Source of the DNA: Eledone cirrhosa
Lineage: Eukaryota
NCBI GenBank assembly: GCA_964016885.1
Contig: OZ024746.1
Location: forward strand, 87,110,001-87,174,000
Length of the DNA: 64,000 nt
Reading direction: 5' to 3'
Numbering within the stretch: the first letter of the stretch is position 1; each line of letters begins with the position of its first letter. The notes under the pieces are model-generated. The model was given only the letters and a program-made list of their open reading frames with translations, did not search any database and had not been told where the DNA came from. Shown one piece after another: positions 1 through 14,055 of the stretch. A program made the position numbers and the translations under genes.

Positions 1-39
1 AAACCTTTTTAGGTTAAAACTTTTCCAGAGGTTCTAATT

Positions 40-462
40 CGCAAATTTACACCAATTTCGATTTCTTGGAAAGCTTTAAGACAAACTCAAGGCTCTGAAG
101 ATTGATATGAAGAACTGGGAGTGATTGGCTGGAAGTGATATTTGAGAAAAAGTGAGGGGAGCATAACCTTTTAAAGAGTTCACTACTTAAGCGGGACTGA
201 AGTGCAGTGCCGGCAAATATTCAGCAGGATTTGAGGTGCTATGTATGTGGCCGAATTCTTCTTGCAAGAATCTCATCAGTCAGTGAGAAATCGGGCCAAC
301 TGTGAGATGTTTCTACAGCTACACACTCCCCCGTATATTTTCAGTGAGTGTGGCGTAATTTGCAATTCATCGGGTGGACTAACGAGACATGGCAAAATGA
401 ATGAAAACCCAGCCCAGCCGGTTTTGCTAGGCGACAGACAGTTCAAATGTCCCATCTGTTAA
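40..462 (+). mobile_element. Degenerate 3' end of an RTE-type LINE ORF with C-terminal C2H2-like zinc fingers
   Basis: Frames read ...DKLKALKIDMKNWE... then ECGVICNSSGGLTRH...FKCPIC, with stops and frameshifts. This resembles the C-terminus of RTE-clade ORFs. Confidence 0.45.
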
Positions 463-537
463 CGTACTTGCAACGTACACACACACACACATATATTGAT
501 ACAAACCACAACAGAAACGCAAGCCATCCATACCAAT

Positions 538-581
538 TTTATTTTTGAAAATAATACGAACTGTGAAACCGGTAAAGTAAA
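538..581 (+). ncRNA. Degenerate type I hammerhead-like motif (U3-A8 core)
   Basis: TTTATTT-TTGAAAA-(weak helix II)-GAAA-CCGG-TA-AAGTAAA. Helix I has 7 bp, helix III is the palindrome ACCGGT, helix II pairs poorly. Confidence 0.3.
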
Positions 582-881
582 TAAATATTCCTAAAAATTT
601 CCAGTTGCAATTTCAATTTCTTTGCCTTATACATTTACCGGTGTGGGACATTAAATAAAACTTACTTTCTTTTATATATATATATAGCGTTTCTCAATTT
701 GTTTAGCAAGATTCTTTATCTGAAAACATGTGTTGAAACCGATATTGTTATACTTATATCTGAATTATTAGAATATCCAAAGCTGCTAGTATACAACTAA
801 AATACAGTTGTTACATCGAAGAAAATTTTGAAATTTGTATTTCATCTTCTTTCATTTTCACACACACAGACACACATGCAG

Positions 882-948
<67 letters not shown>

Positions 949-990
949 GAGAGAGAGAGAGAGAAGAGAGAGAGACAGATAGAGAGAATG

Positions 991-1105
991 TGAATGCGCG
1001 TGGGTGAGTCGTTAGAGAATTGGATTCGCCATCGTGAGGTTGTGAGTTCGATTCCCCGACCAGGGGATGCGTTATGTCCTTGGGCACGACACTTTATTCC
1101 ACTTG
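991..1105 (+). mobile_element. tRNA-derived SINE (5' part)
   Basis: A-box-like TGGGTGAGTCGTTAG, B-box GAGTTCGATTCC, then the SINE body motif TGTCCTTGGGCACGACACTTTAT. Confidence 0.75.
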
Positions 1106-1543
1106 GAGTTACGATCGATAGCGAGTATTAACAATTGGAAAGACCAGCGGAAACATTGTTTACTCGGTCCAATTTATCGAAAGTCGATCGACTGTCTAAA
1201 TATATATATATATATGTATATATAAGTATGTATACGTACATACTTATATGTGTACAGACGCACAGTAGTATGTATATATATACATACATGCAGACATATA
1301 TATATATGTACGTATGGGTTTACCAAACATTCATTACAATGGTCAGTTTGTTTGTAAACAAACAGCCCGAATTACGAACATATATTTATATGTGTGCATG
1401 TATGTATATATATATATATATATATATACATACTACTGTGCGTCTGTACACATATTTGTGTGTACGTATACATAATTATATTTAGGTATCAGCCGTACCA
1501 AGAGTGAGAAATGAAATTTCGTTTCATTCTTTTCCATTTATAC

Positions 1544-1577
<34 letters not shown>

Positions 1578-1824
1578 GGGGAGAGATGGTAGACATTTTC
1601 TGTTTCCCAATCCTGGGATGGCAGTCTGAGCAGAGTCATCCGACACGCCATCCAGAATATCGTATCAGATGCAAACACCTCAAATTGATCTGGATCTATC
1701 CCTAAGCAGGAACAATCGAGCTGATGGTATACTTAATGTGAAAACAGTACAAACTCAGACATATGTGTGTATGTATATAAACAAGTAAACAGAAATGACA
1801 AAGCAAACTACACAGTACATTGAA

Positions 1825-1905
1825 GAAATATATTAGTTTAACGCTTCAAATAGCAGGGAAAGAGCCTATACATTTCGGACACTCGTCATTCATCAGTAGA
1901 TAGAT
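1825..1905 (-). mobile_element. PLE pseudo-LTR remnant with decayed hammerhead
   Basis: Minus strand reads CTGATGA-ATGACGAGTGTCC-GAAA-TGTATA...CTCTTTCCCTGCTATTTGAAGCGTTAAACTAAT. Homologous copies lie at ~14880-15040 (+) and ~23150-23290 (-). Confidence 0.5.
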
Positions 1906-2982
1906 TTATAAATAATAGAACACAAACCTTTGAAATAGATCATTATGATAAAATTAAGGTGCAGTTAAAATACGCAGTTTATTTTTCTCACTGGTTTTTA
2001 TAGACATATCACCCAACAGTTCTTATGAATTATAAAATGTTTCTCCGTCAATTGCCAGGTGCCCTCCGAATACGTCGTCAATCTAATAAAGTCACCCTCA
2101 TTCCATACAAATTACGAAGAATACAACAGCAATTTCTTCTCAACTTTTGTGGTTTGAAGAACCGACAGAGTTTTGACTATAACACCTAATATAAGTCTCT
2201 AGCACAAGTACGTATATGTACAATACTGATAAATGCTTATTCCAGAAATCCTAAAACAATTCATTCTGTATTTGTGCAAAGATTTAGCAGTGTGAAATTT
2301 ACATGTTGAGCATATTATTGATTCCTTTTCCGGTAGCTTCTAATTATTGTCTTCATAAAGTTTAAGTGAAAGTTTAATTTTTTTTAGAAATGTTATGAAT
2401 CTTCCAAGTGACAGTTAATACATTGTCAATCAAAAGATTAAAGATTTATATATGTACGTTAATACACAACGTGTTTCGTTGTATATAAGAAATAAACACC
2501 AGTAGATGCGCATATTGACAGTTTTTGAGTGCGAAATAAGATTAGAGCATAAAATATTGTTCATTTTGAAATAATATCTCTTTAATCTAAATCATCAAAT
2601 CTATATATCCACATTGATCTCTAATTCAGAAATATCAAAGCAGATTTCTTGTTTTTCCATTTCATATAAACAATTTTATATCGAAATTAATCTAGCTGAT
2701 ACTTGGTCTGTGGCATCTTTGGAGCTGTTGCTTTTGATATAAAGTACCTTTTTTTCGGAATATATATTCTAATGTAATTATTTCATTGAGGAATCGAAAT
2801 GGAATAATCTGAACGCAATATCGATTATCAATATCACGTCCAATATCGTTTTTGTAAATGTCAGAATGTCAGAGTTAAAATATATAATGGAAGGATAAAG
2901 AAATCATTATTTTAAAAAAAATCTTCTGGTGATTGCATTTATATGAAATCCAGGGATAAGACAATGTTATATATATACATAC

Positions 2983-3047
<65 letters not shown>

Positions 3048-3784
3048 AGTATGTTGGGGCTTGTGAATTTGGGAATGTGTGTACATATGGATTCATATAA
3101 GTGAATATAAATTACACAGACATAAATACGCACACATACACACACACATGCAACCACCCCACCCATTTATATATATATATATATATATGTATGCATTCAC
3201 ACATTCATGTATACCTACATATATGCATTAATGCACCCCCTTTATGAAAAAAATAGGTACAGCAATGAATGTTTAGAGATTTATAGAATATATTGAATAA
3301 CATTGTTTGTTTTTTTCTCATTCGTCTTTCTTTTCAAAACTCTAAACATTAACTATGATCAGAGAACATATTTTACAAATAATTTTCTATATTTTTCTCA
3401 ATATCAATATCAACTTCCGATAATTTCAGATATGGAATGCTTTTTTTTAAATTTTAATTTTAATTTCGAATATTTTCTATTGATTGGGACTCTTACCATT
3501 TAAAATGTAACTGAAATGTTCTAGAAAGATCTATGTTTTTAACGTCTCCAGTAATTTAGTTCTTTTCTGAAATATGAAAAAATATGCCCAACATATAAAT
3601 TTGAGGATGTGTCTTGATTCGTGATGGCATGGTGAAGCTAAATTAATTACATCGTTGAAATATCATTTTAGTAATTAAAACGATCTTAAGTTCATATTTA
3701 CCTTTATCATTTATTCCATGGTATCAAACTTTCCGTGTCCGTCCTAAACCCTCACATCTGTTGTGACATAAAAATGAAACAACA

Positions 3785-3821
<37 letters not shown>

Positions 3822-4414
3822 GTATATTATATATATATATATGAAAAGTATAGAAATTATTGTAGCAAGAAGCCAACAGTATTTCATAATATATAAGTGT
3901 CTATAGCGTCAACATGGGAAAATAGTTAACGTAAGATGGGGGAAAAATAATTCAAACTCAATTCAAAAAGAATCAGGATATAGATTTATCCAACAGAATT
4001 AGTGAAATCCAGGGAAAAATCAATAGAGCCTTATATCATGATAAAATAAAGTTTAAAATACTCATCCTTCAATTTGGAACAACTACAAATGCTCTGTATA
4101 GTCTTGAAAAGACTATTTCACGAACACTTTCAGTGGGGATGGTCACGGTTGAAATTCTATCGTCAGCAGAGATCAACATGATAACCAAAATCTCACTGAT
4201 TAATATGCCAAAAAGGGAATTTAAAAGCAGGCTAGTTTAACATCATGCGTGATTATGAAAATAAAACGCACATGTGGAAAAACAGGGCTGGTGACGTCAG
4301 AATGAGACGAATGTTTGTTTACATGAAACAACAGTAAAAAACATTCCGAAAAAACTCTACAATAAGGAGTTCAGCAAAAAGCAATATTATCGCGGTTTAA
4401 AAAAAAAAAAAAAA

Positions 4415-4677
<263 letters not shown>

Positions 4678-5157
4678 TTATAACTGTCTCTAATATGTAA
4701 ATATCTCAATGAAATGATAAGATATATTAATAAAGTATCCACTCAGAGAAGTATTAAAATATATTAAATTTAATCCTATTTGGCAGGGGCATGGATAAAA
4801 GCAAAACCGGGAGAGAGAAGTTGGCTTTAACTTATAAAATACCCCAACCATGGTTCAGCAACGACATGGTGTGTATGATAACTGTTCGACTTGTCCCCTC
4901 ATTTCTAAGAAGGATTTAGCTCCAGATGAATACATTTTATTCTAGTATTAGTTATTCCAATGTCTCTGAATGTGGCTTATATCCTCACAAATAAGATTTT
5001 GGCGTACGTTTAATATATATATATATATATAGACACACACACACACACACACATGTATATAATTATATATATATATATATATACACATACATATCTATAT
5101 ATACATATATTTATATATATATATAGATATATATACATACATATCTATATATACATA

Positions 5158-5211
<54 letters not shown>

Positions 5212-5230
5212 CATATATATCTTTATATAC

Positions 5231-5305
<75 letters not shown>

Positions 5306-5310
5306 CATAC

Positions 5311-5345
<35 letters not shown>

Positions 5346-5477
5346 TAGATATGAAGACAAACATAGAATATTCGAAAATATTCTGTATGTTTATAATAAA
5401 CATTTCGAAGACCCAATCGCTATAGAATAGAATACGTCACGTATTACAATTTGAGATTCTCGATAAAAGCAAGGGAA

Positions 5478-5520
5478 GTAACCTACGCGTTTCATTCTTA
5501 TTAGAAATCATCAGGATTAC
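5478..5520 (-). ncRNA. Type I hammerhead ribozyme (array copy 1)
   Basis: Reverse complement reads GTAATC-CTGATGA-TTTCT-AATA-AGAAT-GAAA-CGCG-TA-GGTTAC. Confidence 0.88.
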
Positions 5521-5945
5521 ATATCCAGTGCTTTTATCGAGAATGACACAGCTAGAGACTTATAGAATACTTAGCTGTGTACAGGAACTGGTTTGAAAGA
5601 GCGGTTGCCGGTCCGGCAGAAATTAGAATTTGGATATAATGCTCTGAAATAGCGATATATATGTGAAGACAAACATAGAATATTCGAAAATATTCTGTAT
5701 GTTTATAATAAACATTTCGAAGACCCAATCGCTATAGAATAGAATACGTCACGTGTTTATTATAAAGATACAGAATATTTTCGAATATTCTGTTTGTCTT
5801 CACATATATATCGCTATTTCAGAGCATTATATCCAAATTCTAATTTCTGCCGGACCGGCAACCGCTCTTTCAAACCAGTTCCTGTACACAGCTAAGTATT
5901 CTATAAGTCTCTAGCTGTGTCATTCTCGATAAAAGCACTGGATAT

Positions 5946-5988
5946 GTAATCCTGATGATTTCTAATAAGAATGAAACGCGTAGGTTAC
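5946..5988 (+). ncRNA. Type I hammerhead ribozyme (array copy 2)
   Basis: Helix I GTAATC/GGTTAC, core CTGATGA (5952-5958), helix II TTCT/AGAA, GAAA (5973-5976), palindromic helix III ACGCGT, predicted GUA cleavage after 5982. Confidence 0.9.
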
Positions 5989-6257
5989 TTCCCTTGCTTT
6001 TATCGAGAATCTCAAATTGTAATACGTGACGTATTCTATTATATAGCGATTGGGTCTTCGAAATGTTTATTATAAACATACAGAATATTTTCGAATATTC
6101 TATGTTTGTTTTCACATATATATCGCTATTTCAGAGCATTATATCCAAATTCTAATTTCTGCCGGACCGGCAACCGCTCTTTCAAACCAGTTCCTGTACA
6201 CAGCTAAGTATTCTATAAGTCTCTAGCTGTGTCATTCTCGATAAAAGCACTGGATAT

Positions 6258-6300
6258 ATAATCCTGATGATTTCTAATAAGAATGAAACGCGTAGGTTAC
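6258..6300 (+). ncRNA. Type I hammerhead ribozyme (array copy 3)
   Basis: Same motif with one G>A in the outer helix I; predicted cleavage after 6294. Confidence 0.88.
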
Positions 6301-6568
6301 TTCCCTTGCTTTTATCGAGCATCTCAAATTGTAATACGTGACGTATTCTATTCTATAGCGATTGGGTCTTCGAAATGTTTATTATAAACATACAGAATAT
6401 TTTGAATATTCTATGTTTGTCTTCACATATATATCGCTATTTCAGAGCATTATATCCAAATTCTAATTTCTGCCGGACCGGCAACCGCTCTTTAAAACCA
6501 GTTCCTGTACACAGCTAAGTATTCTATAAGTCTCTAGCTGTGTCATTCTCGATAAAAGCACTGGATAT

Positions 6569-6611
6569 GTAATCCTGATGATTTCTAATAAGAATGAAAC
6601 GCGTAGGTTAC
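6569..6611 (+). ncRNA. Type I hammerhead ribozyme (array copy 4)
   Basis: Identical motif; predicted cleavage after 6605. Confidence 0.9.
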
Positions 6612-6875
6612 TTCCCTAGCTTTTATCGAGAATCTCAAATTGTAATACGTGACGTATTCTATAGCGATTGGGTCTTCGAAATATTTATTATAAACATACA
6701 GAATATTTTCGAATATTCTATGTTTGTCTTCACATATATATCGCTATTTCAGAGTATTATATCCAAATTCTAATTTCTGCCGGACCGGCAACCGCTCTTT
6801 CAAACCAGTTCCTGTACACAGCTAAGTATTCTATAAGTCTCTAGCTGTGTCATTCTCGATAAAAGCACTGGATAT

Positions 6876-6918
6876 GTAATCCTGATGATTTCTAATAAGA
6901 ATGAAACGCGTAGGTTAC
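6876..6918 (+). ncRNA. Type I hammerhead ribozyme (array copy 5)
   Basis: Identical motif; predicted cleavage after 6912. Confidence 0.9.
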
Positions 6919-7076
6919 TTCCCTTGCTTTTATCGAGAATCTCAAATTGTAATACGTGACGTATTCTATTCTATAGCGATTGGGTCTTCGAAATGTTTAT
7001 TATAAACATACAGAATATTTTCGAATATTCTATGTTTGTCTTCACATATATATCGCTATTTCAGAGCATTATATCC

Positions 7077-7281
<205 letters not shown>

Positions 7282-8099
7282 ATGTGTGTGTGTATTTATA
7301 AAAATGAAACGAAATGAGTCACTTGTAGTTCTAAATAATTTAATTTAATTTTATAATATTATGATTTGGTAGATCAACCATTTAGAATTAAATCAAATTA
7401 TTTAGAACTACAAGTGAAGTCATTTTTATCTTTCTTTGAAATATACCTAACTGTACCAAGGATTTCACACAGTTTGCATAGCCTCGTGGGATTTTGTGTT
7501 ATCTTTAACAATGGAGGACAAACATATTGGCAACGACGAAATTCGACCACTATGCAATCAGTAAGTCGTTGGGTAAAGGAGATGCGACTAGGCGACTGGG
7601 GCAGTACTTGATGGTCTGTTATGCGTTACTTTGTTATGAACTTCCTCATGTTTTGGCTGGCAAATATTAATGCTGTCTGATATATACTTAATGGAAGAAT
7701 TGTGAAATTCTGAAAAGGGGAGAGAAAATGAATATTTTGACAGTCAAATGGTTAACATGATGGGCATTAATGTCAGAAGTAGCAAGGCAAATTGCAAATG
7801 TGGGGTCTCCTCTTGGCTGAGAAAAGTCATGGTTTGTTAATTTCGCAAATAAATAAATATTATTTAAAATGCAACAATTACCTAGATTCTTATACTACTA
7901 GAAATACTTGTAAAAGAAATGGAGTGCAATGTTATATGGTGCTAGATGTGAGACATTTAAGCGGACAGCACAGGAGAAGACGAGAGGCCTCCAAGATCGA
8001 TCACTCTTGAAGAGGTTACGCGAGGTATATGTCATTAAAGCAAGTTAGATAGTCGATCAACAAAATGTCTTGATGGTCTCAGAATATGCGTGAAGAGGT

Positions 8100-8320
8100 G
8101 AAAAACCTATTTCTTGTAAATGAACAAAGTTAGCGAATTTGAGGAGAGGGCAAAGTTGATTAAATCTACAGCAGTCTTTGAGTGTAACTTTAATTTATCG
8201 GAAGCAGGAAAGGCAAATTGATCCGGCGGGATTCGGAATCAGAATGTCAAGAGCCTGCCAGTATAATGGAATGACATTTTATAGGAGGTTTTAAAAATCC
8301 TGCCAATTCACAACACTAAA
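8100..8320 (-). mobile_element. Degenerate octopus-type tRNA-derived SINE
   Basis: Homologous to the better-preserved copy at 29090-29300 (AAAGTTGATTAAATC...AAAGGCAAATTGATCCGGCGGGATTCGGAATCAGAA). Confidence 0.5.
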
Positions 8321-9441
8321 GAATAGAAATATTGAGCTGGAAATACTTTGAAATCTTTGTTGCTAAAAATCAGTTAAATTTAAAGTGTGTAAGGGAGCAG
8401 CAAGTTCACATAATGTTAGATACTACATTTCGCACCAAGCAGAGGGGAAATAATTACATATGTGGTTTGTATGATTGAAGAAGATTTATGTGATGGAAAA
8501 ATTTAGCCGACTTCTCCATTTGATTGTATAGGTGTCTCATCATATTTAACCTTTTATTTTGCTACGATTTATCATTAATATAAACAATAGTAGTCCAGAG
8601 TAGATTTTGTCTTAGAAATTGCTGTTATGCCCTGTAGTTCAGCATGTAATATTTTTTTAATAACAAGGATATTCTCGAACTCCTGTGCTAAAATTTATGA
8701 ACTATCGAAGATGATAGGAAATTGTGTTTTCTCTATATGCTTAGAACCATGGTTATTTTAGCATAGCAGAATACAACATATGAATGAATAAGTTTTAATA
8801 GCACATCCCGGAGCAAAATATGTCATAGAAAAGTGTGTCCCATCAGAAAAGCGTGATGTGTAAATGACCAACACGTCTGCAATAAATCCATTCCATTACG
8901 GCAATAAATCCATTACCAAACTGTAAGTTATAACCAAAGAATGATTCGTTACTTGCAACATCATTAGTCTGGTTAACGGCAGGGTACTTGGTTAACGTTT
9001 TGTTTTCTGTTTAAGCCCTGTTATATGTTAAGCGGACAATGAGTGTTGTGAATCTTAGTGGCTTCTCTATAATTCAGTGTTTTCAATCGATTTAATAATG
9101 AACTAAATAGATAATAAAACAGCAAATTAATTTGATAGATGTGCAATTAATAACAGCCCAGTGAAATTTACATACATACTCAGTAACACACTATATATAA
9201 AGAAGCATATATTCAGATCTATATTACTTTCTAGTTCCCTTATTCCTCAGAGGGATAGATTTCGAAATGTAAATAAAACTAAAGTATATAATACCAGCCT
9301 ATGAATGCGCTAAGTGGTTTTATAAATACATTTTAATTTCACATGAAAGAATTTACTTTATACAAATATCTAATAGAAATTAGTTTAGATCTCAGGACAC
9401 ATAACCCATGAGATATGAACATTAATAATACCTCCTTACGT

Positions 9442-9527
<86 letters not shown>

Positions 9528-10309
9528 ATAATCAGCGAAAATCGAATTAGTGATAATCGAAAATCGAATTAGTGAAAATTACTGCGATCTATAATATCTT
9601 ACATAGAGATCTAACATATATTGATTCTAAACTTTAAGACATATGATATATTAGATGCTAGAAATATCTACACTTTTATAAGGTATATTTAATATTTCGA
9701 GAAACTTGTGTCGGTTTATCTTAAACGTATGAGAACGAATACCATATTCGACCAGTGCAATATGGTATGAGAAATATGTGCAGCCCCACATTGTGTTTAA
9801 AATATAACTGCTGTTAGCTACTTGGCAATATGTGACAGCATAATGCGAAAGTTAAACGTGATGCGATATTATACGTGAACACTCTCAGTATGAAACATTT
9901 CAATAAACTATAGTATAAAATAACATAGTGATTTCATGTGCTAAAATGTAAAACAGAGTAAACAAATATGAATTTCAATCGTGTGAAAATGGCAAATGAT
10001 ATAAGATTTATGTATCAAAAGCTCATTTCAAATCCCCCCGAAATATGGTATGCTCACTCATATATTTTTACTTTTGCTATTATTTTATTGATCCGTACAA
10101 TTCCCCTGGGGAAATTAAAAGATTATATATAAGATCAATAGCATTTTATGTAAAATCAATACAATAATTTCCATCTGATATTAAAAACCTGAAAACTTCA
10201 TAAATGCGCATATATATACATACACAAAAATGTATATGTATTTAGATTGTGCACATACACGCACGTACATATATGAGTGTATATATATATAAATATATAT
10301 ATCTCTCTC

Positions 10310-10340
<31 letters not shown>

Positions 10341-10356
10341 ACACAGACATGTATGT

Positions 10357-10404
<48 letters not shown>

Positions 10405-10456
10405 ATCTATATATACGTATATATATTCATATATACATATATTTATATACACACAC

Positions 10457-10505
<49 letters not shown>

Positions 10506-10671
10506 ACGATTACAATATAAATTATATTTCTACGTAACTATATATAGACATGTTTATACATAACGAAGCCTAAATCTATATTTATATCTGTAGTACTCCT
10601 CAACATAGGCATACATCCTGGTGATAATTTGCTGTTTCCTCACGTGTATACAGGCGAGCATATATACATAC

Positions 10672-10786
<115 letters not shown>

Positions 10787-10789
10787 CAC

Positions 10790-10954
<165 letters not shown>

Positions 10955-11011
10955 TCAAAGTTATACATTTAGAAGTAAGATTAACCACGCACATACACGT
11001 GTATATCTATG

Positions 11012-11088
<77 letters not shown>

Positions 11089-11285
11089 TTATGTGCGTAT
11101 AAAGATGGAACAAAAATAAAAAAGAATTTATATAGGAAATGAATTAAAATGATTTCAATAATCATGAATTATGTTATGAACAATACATGCACAATTTACA
11201 TACAATTCTCCCATCTGAATATATATATATATATATAAGGGTACACAAACCCACTTACATACACACGTACACAGCTGTCCATACA

Positions 11286-11328
<43 letters not shown>

Positions 11329-11356
11329 ATATAATATATATGTATTTATCTCGCTA

Positions 11357-11410
<54 letters not shown>

Positions 11411-11699
11411 TGTTAGTATCTATGTATGGACATATGTATAAGCATGTGTATGTGTAGATAAGCATGAAATAATGTATGTACTTTCGTAAATATTTTAGAA
11501 TATCTATTGTATGCGCATAGGTCCATTTCCTACATTGATTCATTTTGAATACTTTACTAAGTATAGAGTTTGATATAAAATACACACCCTTTGTTATTAA
11601 CGATTATGGCGTTGATACCAAGAATAATAATATTTTCATTTTTTAAATGTCTATTTTCAAATTTCATCAACTGCAATATTATTGAATATATATATATAT

Positions 11700-12304
11700 A
11701 AAGTTGTAGTTGCTGTCTGTTTGCTTGTTTGTTCACGAACTCCTCCTGTGGTTTTGGAGATAGACCCCTATAACATCATATTTTCTGAAACTACAATGCC
11801 CAGGGTACTTGGATAAGTATATTTCATTTTAATCAAAGGGTTCCCCGTGGACACAAACCACCGCTGAAAATGTTTTCTCTTCGATTTATATGAAATTTAA
11901 ACCATAGGTAAATGACAATATACGATGCCAATTCATAAAGTTTCAGCAAATTACAATAATATTAACATACACTAATGGGGTTCAACCAGCTATAGTGAAA
12001 ATTTTGGAACCCCAAATTAAATAATGCTTCATACAAAAATGAAATGATCAAGTTTTGAATTGATATTATGAAAAAAATAAACAAAATAAGAATATATATT
12101 GATATATTACAAAAAGTTATGTTTTCCAACTTTTCATGTATTACATTTTACATTGAATGATATTGAAATGCAGAGTTTTTCTCCATAAATTATATCACTG
12201 ATTTAAAATCAATCATCATTTTCTTACAAAACAAAATGTGTGAAACGCAGCAATATATACTAGCCGGATTACCCGCGCCTTGCTGCGTTTCACACATTTT
12301 GTTT
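11700..12304 (+). mobile_element. Non-autonomous Helitron-like element with inverted 3' terminus
   Basis: 5' GTCTGTTTG-type microrepeats resemble those at 29414. A Helitron-type 3' end (GC-rich hairpin then CTAG|T) lies on the minus strand at 12259-12290. Confidence 0.4.
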
Positions 12305-12384
12305 ATATACCCCGCCCCAGAAACGATCGTAAAATAATGAGTTTTACAATGAATTAACCGTTTTTTGTTTAATTTCATTGTTTT

Positions 12385-12475
<91 letters not shown>

Positions 12476-13514
12476 CATCATAAAATTACAAAATCAAACC
12501 AGCACAAAATGTTTTGTTTATCTCTGTCAGTGTAAACACGTGACACGGACTATCAACTAAATTCTTCAGACCCTACCTAGAAAAGGTCTTCTATACACGT
12601 AAGTTCTTCTTCTTCTTCTTCTTCTTCTTCTTCTTCTTCTTCTTCTTCTTCTTCTTCTTCTTCTTCTTCTTCTTCTTCTTCTTCTTCTTCTTTCTATGTA
12701 CCTATATATCTATCTATTTATCTATCTATATATTTATCTATCTATCTATTTATATATCTATCTATTTATCTATCTATCTATTTATCTATCTATCTATTTA
12801 TCCTATAATCTCTATTTAACACAAATAAATTAATCTGGCTCTGAAGTTATTAACTGCGTATAAGTCAAAAGAATTCGTTTAGTAGCCGAGAAAAAGAAGC
12901 TGGTTGACGTGTTCGGATTTTTTGAAACTCTCAACGGTCAATGGGATTTATCCAAAGAAGTCGTCAATGGGATATGGTTCTGCTCCATATTTATATATAT
13001 ACTTTATCTGCTGTGTCCCAATTGAATATCATTAAATCATGTTATATTATATAATATTTTACTATATATTTTTTCATGCATTTATTACATGATATATTAT
13101 ATTATATATATTACAATATATTATCCTACACATTTAGTTTCGGGTAAGTTGTCGTTGCACATTAGATGACCTTCAATAAAGCATAACATATAATATATGT
13201 GTTCGTTATCTATATTCATTTCGGTTGTTGGATTTATTAGATATATATCGAACACCATAGTACTTTACAGTTTCATTTAATATACCTGCGGAATCAAAGG
13301 TTTCTATTCCCATTTTACTGACGGTCTTGAAGATTTCTCTCAAAATCATCATGGCACCATGATGACTTATATATCCTTAATCTTTTGACACACATGGAAT
13401 ACAACCAAGTAAAATATGTAGTATGTTTAAAATAAACATTTGGAGAGCCGTAGCTATGCCAAAGCACCAACTACTAACGCTGTCTCGCGGTGACCAGTAA
13501 AATCAAGGGCGACA

Positions 13515-13560
13515 ATCGTGGATGTGCATTTCGAACTGAACTGGGTCTCATCAACACGAT
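13515..13560 (-). ncRNA. Degenerate type I hammerhead
   Basis: ATCGTG-TTGATGA-GACCCAGTTCAGTTC-GAAA-TGCACA-TC-CACGAT. Helix I has 6 bp, the core has C3>U, and helix II is eroded. Confidence 0.5.
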
Positions 13561-13828
13561 CCCTCCCACTCTTGCAACTGCTCGACTTGGAAAACAGGCG
13601 AGATTATATGATTTCCTCGTCTGTGTAAATGAAGGGATTAATCTCATATGCATATGAAGCTGTATAAGTTGGCTCAACTTATAATAGAATAGAACAACAA
13701 TTTAGCTTCAGGCATAATTGTATACCTATATGTATTGGAATCTCGTATTTCAGAAGAAATACAGTATGTTTAAAATAAATTACGATATATATATGTGTAC
13801 AATTATTCCTGAAGCTAAATTGTAATTC

Positions 13829-13884
<56 letters not shown>

Positions 13885-14002
13885 ATATATATATAGGTGT
13901 GTATATATATATAGGTGTGTATATATATAGGTATATATATATGTGTGTATATATATATATATATGAAAATTAAACAAAGAAGCCTTCAATACATCAAAAG
14001 TC

Positions 14003-14055
14003 TTTATTAGCCAACAATGTTTCGTCCTATTAAGGACTCATCAGGGCAATCAAAA
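14003..14055 (-). ncRNA. Type I hammerhead ribozyme, canonical core
   Basis: ATTGCC-CTGATGA-GTCCT-TAAT-AGGAC-GAAA-CATTG-TT-GGCTAAT. Helix II is perfect, the site is GUU, and it lies ~40 nt from a (TA)n run. Confidence 0.85.

Noticed and set aside
241-462. Host C2H2 zinc-finger gene
   Set aside because: The fingers are incomplete, lack TGEKP linkers and follow LINE-like degenerate sequence.
714-760. Hammerhead-like CTGAAAA...GAAA motif (related copies near 24000-24050 and 26530-26580)
   Set aside because: C3-A8 mismatch with weak helices II and III; too degenerate to call without a family consensus.
996-1065. tRNA gene
   Set aside because: A and B boxes are present but the cloverleaf is imperfect and runs into a SINE body.
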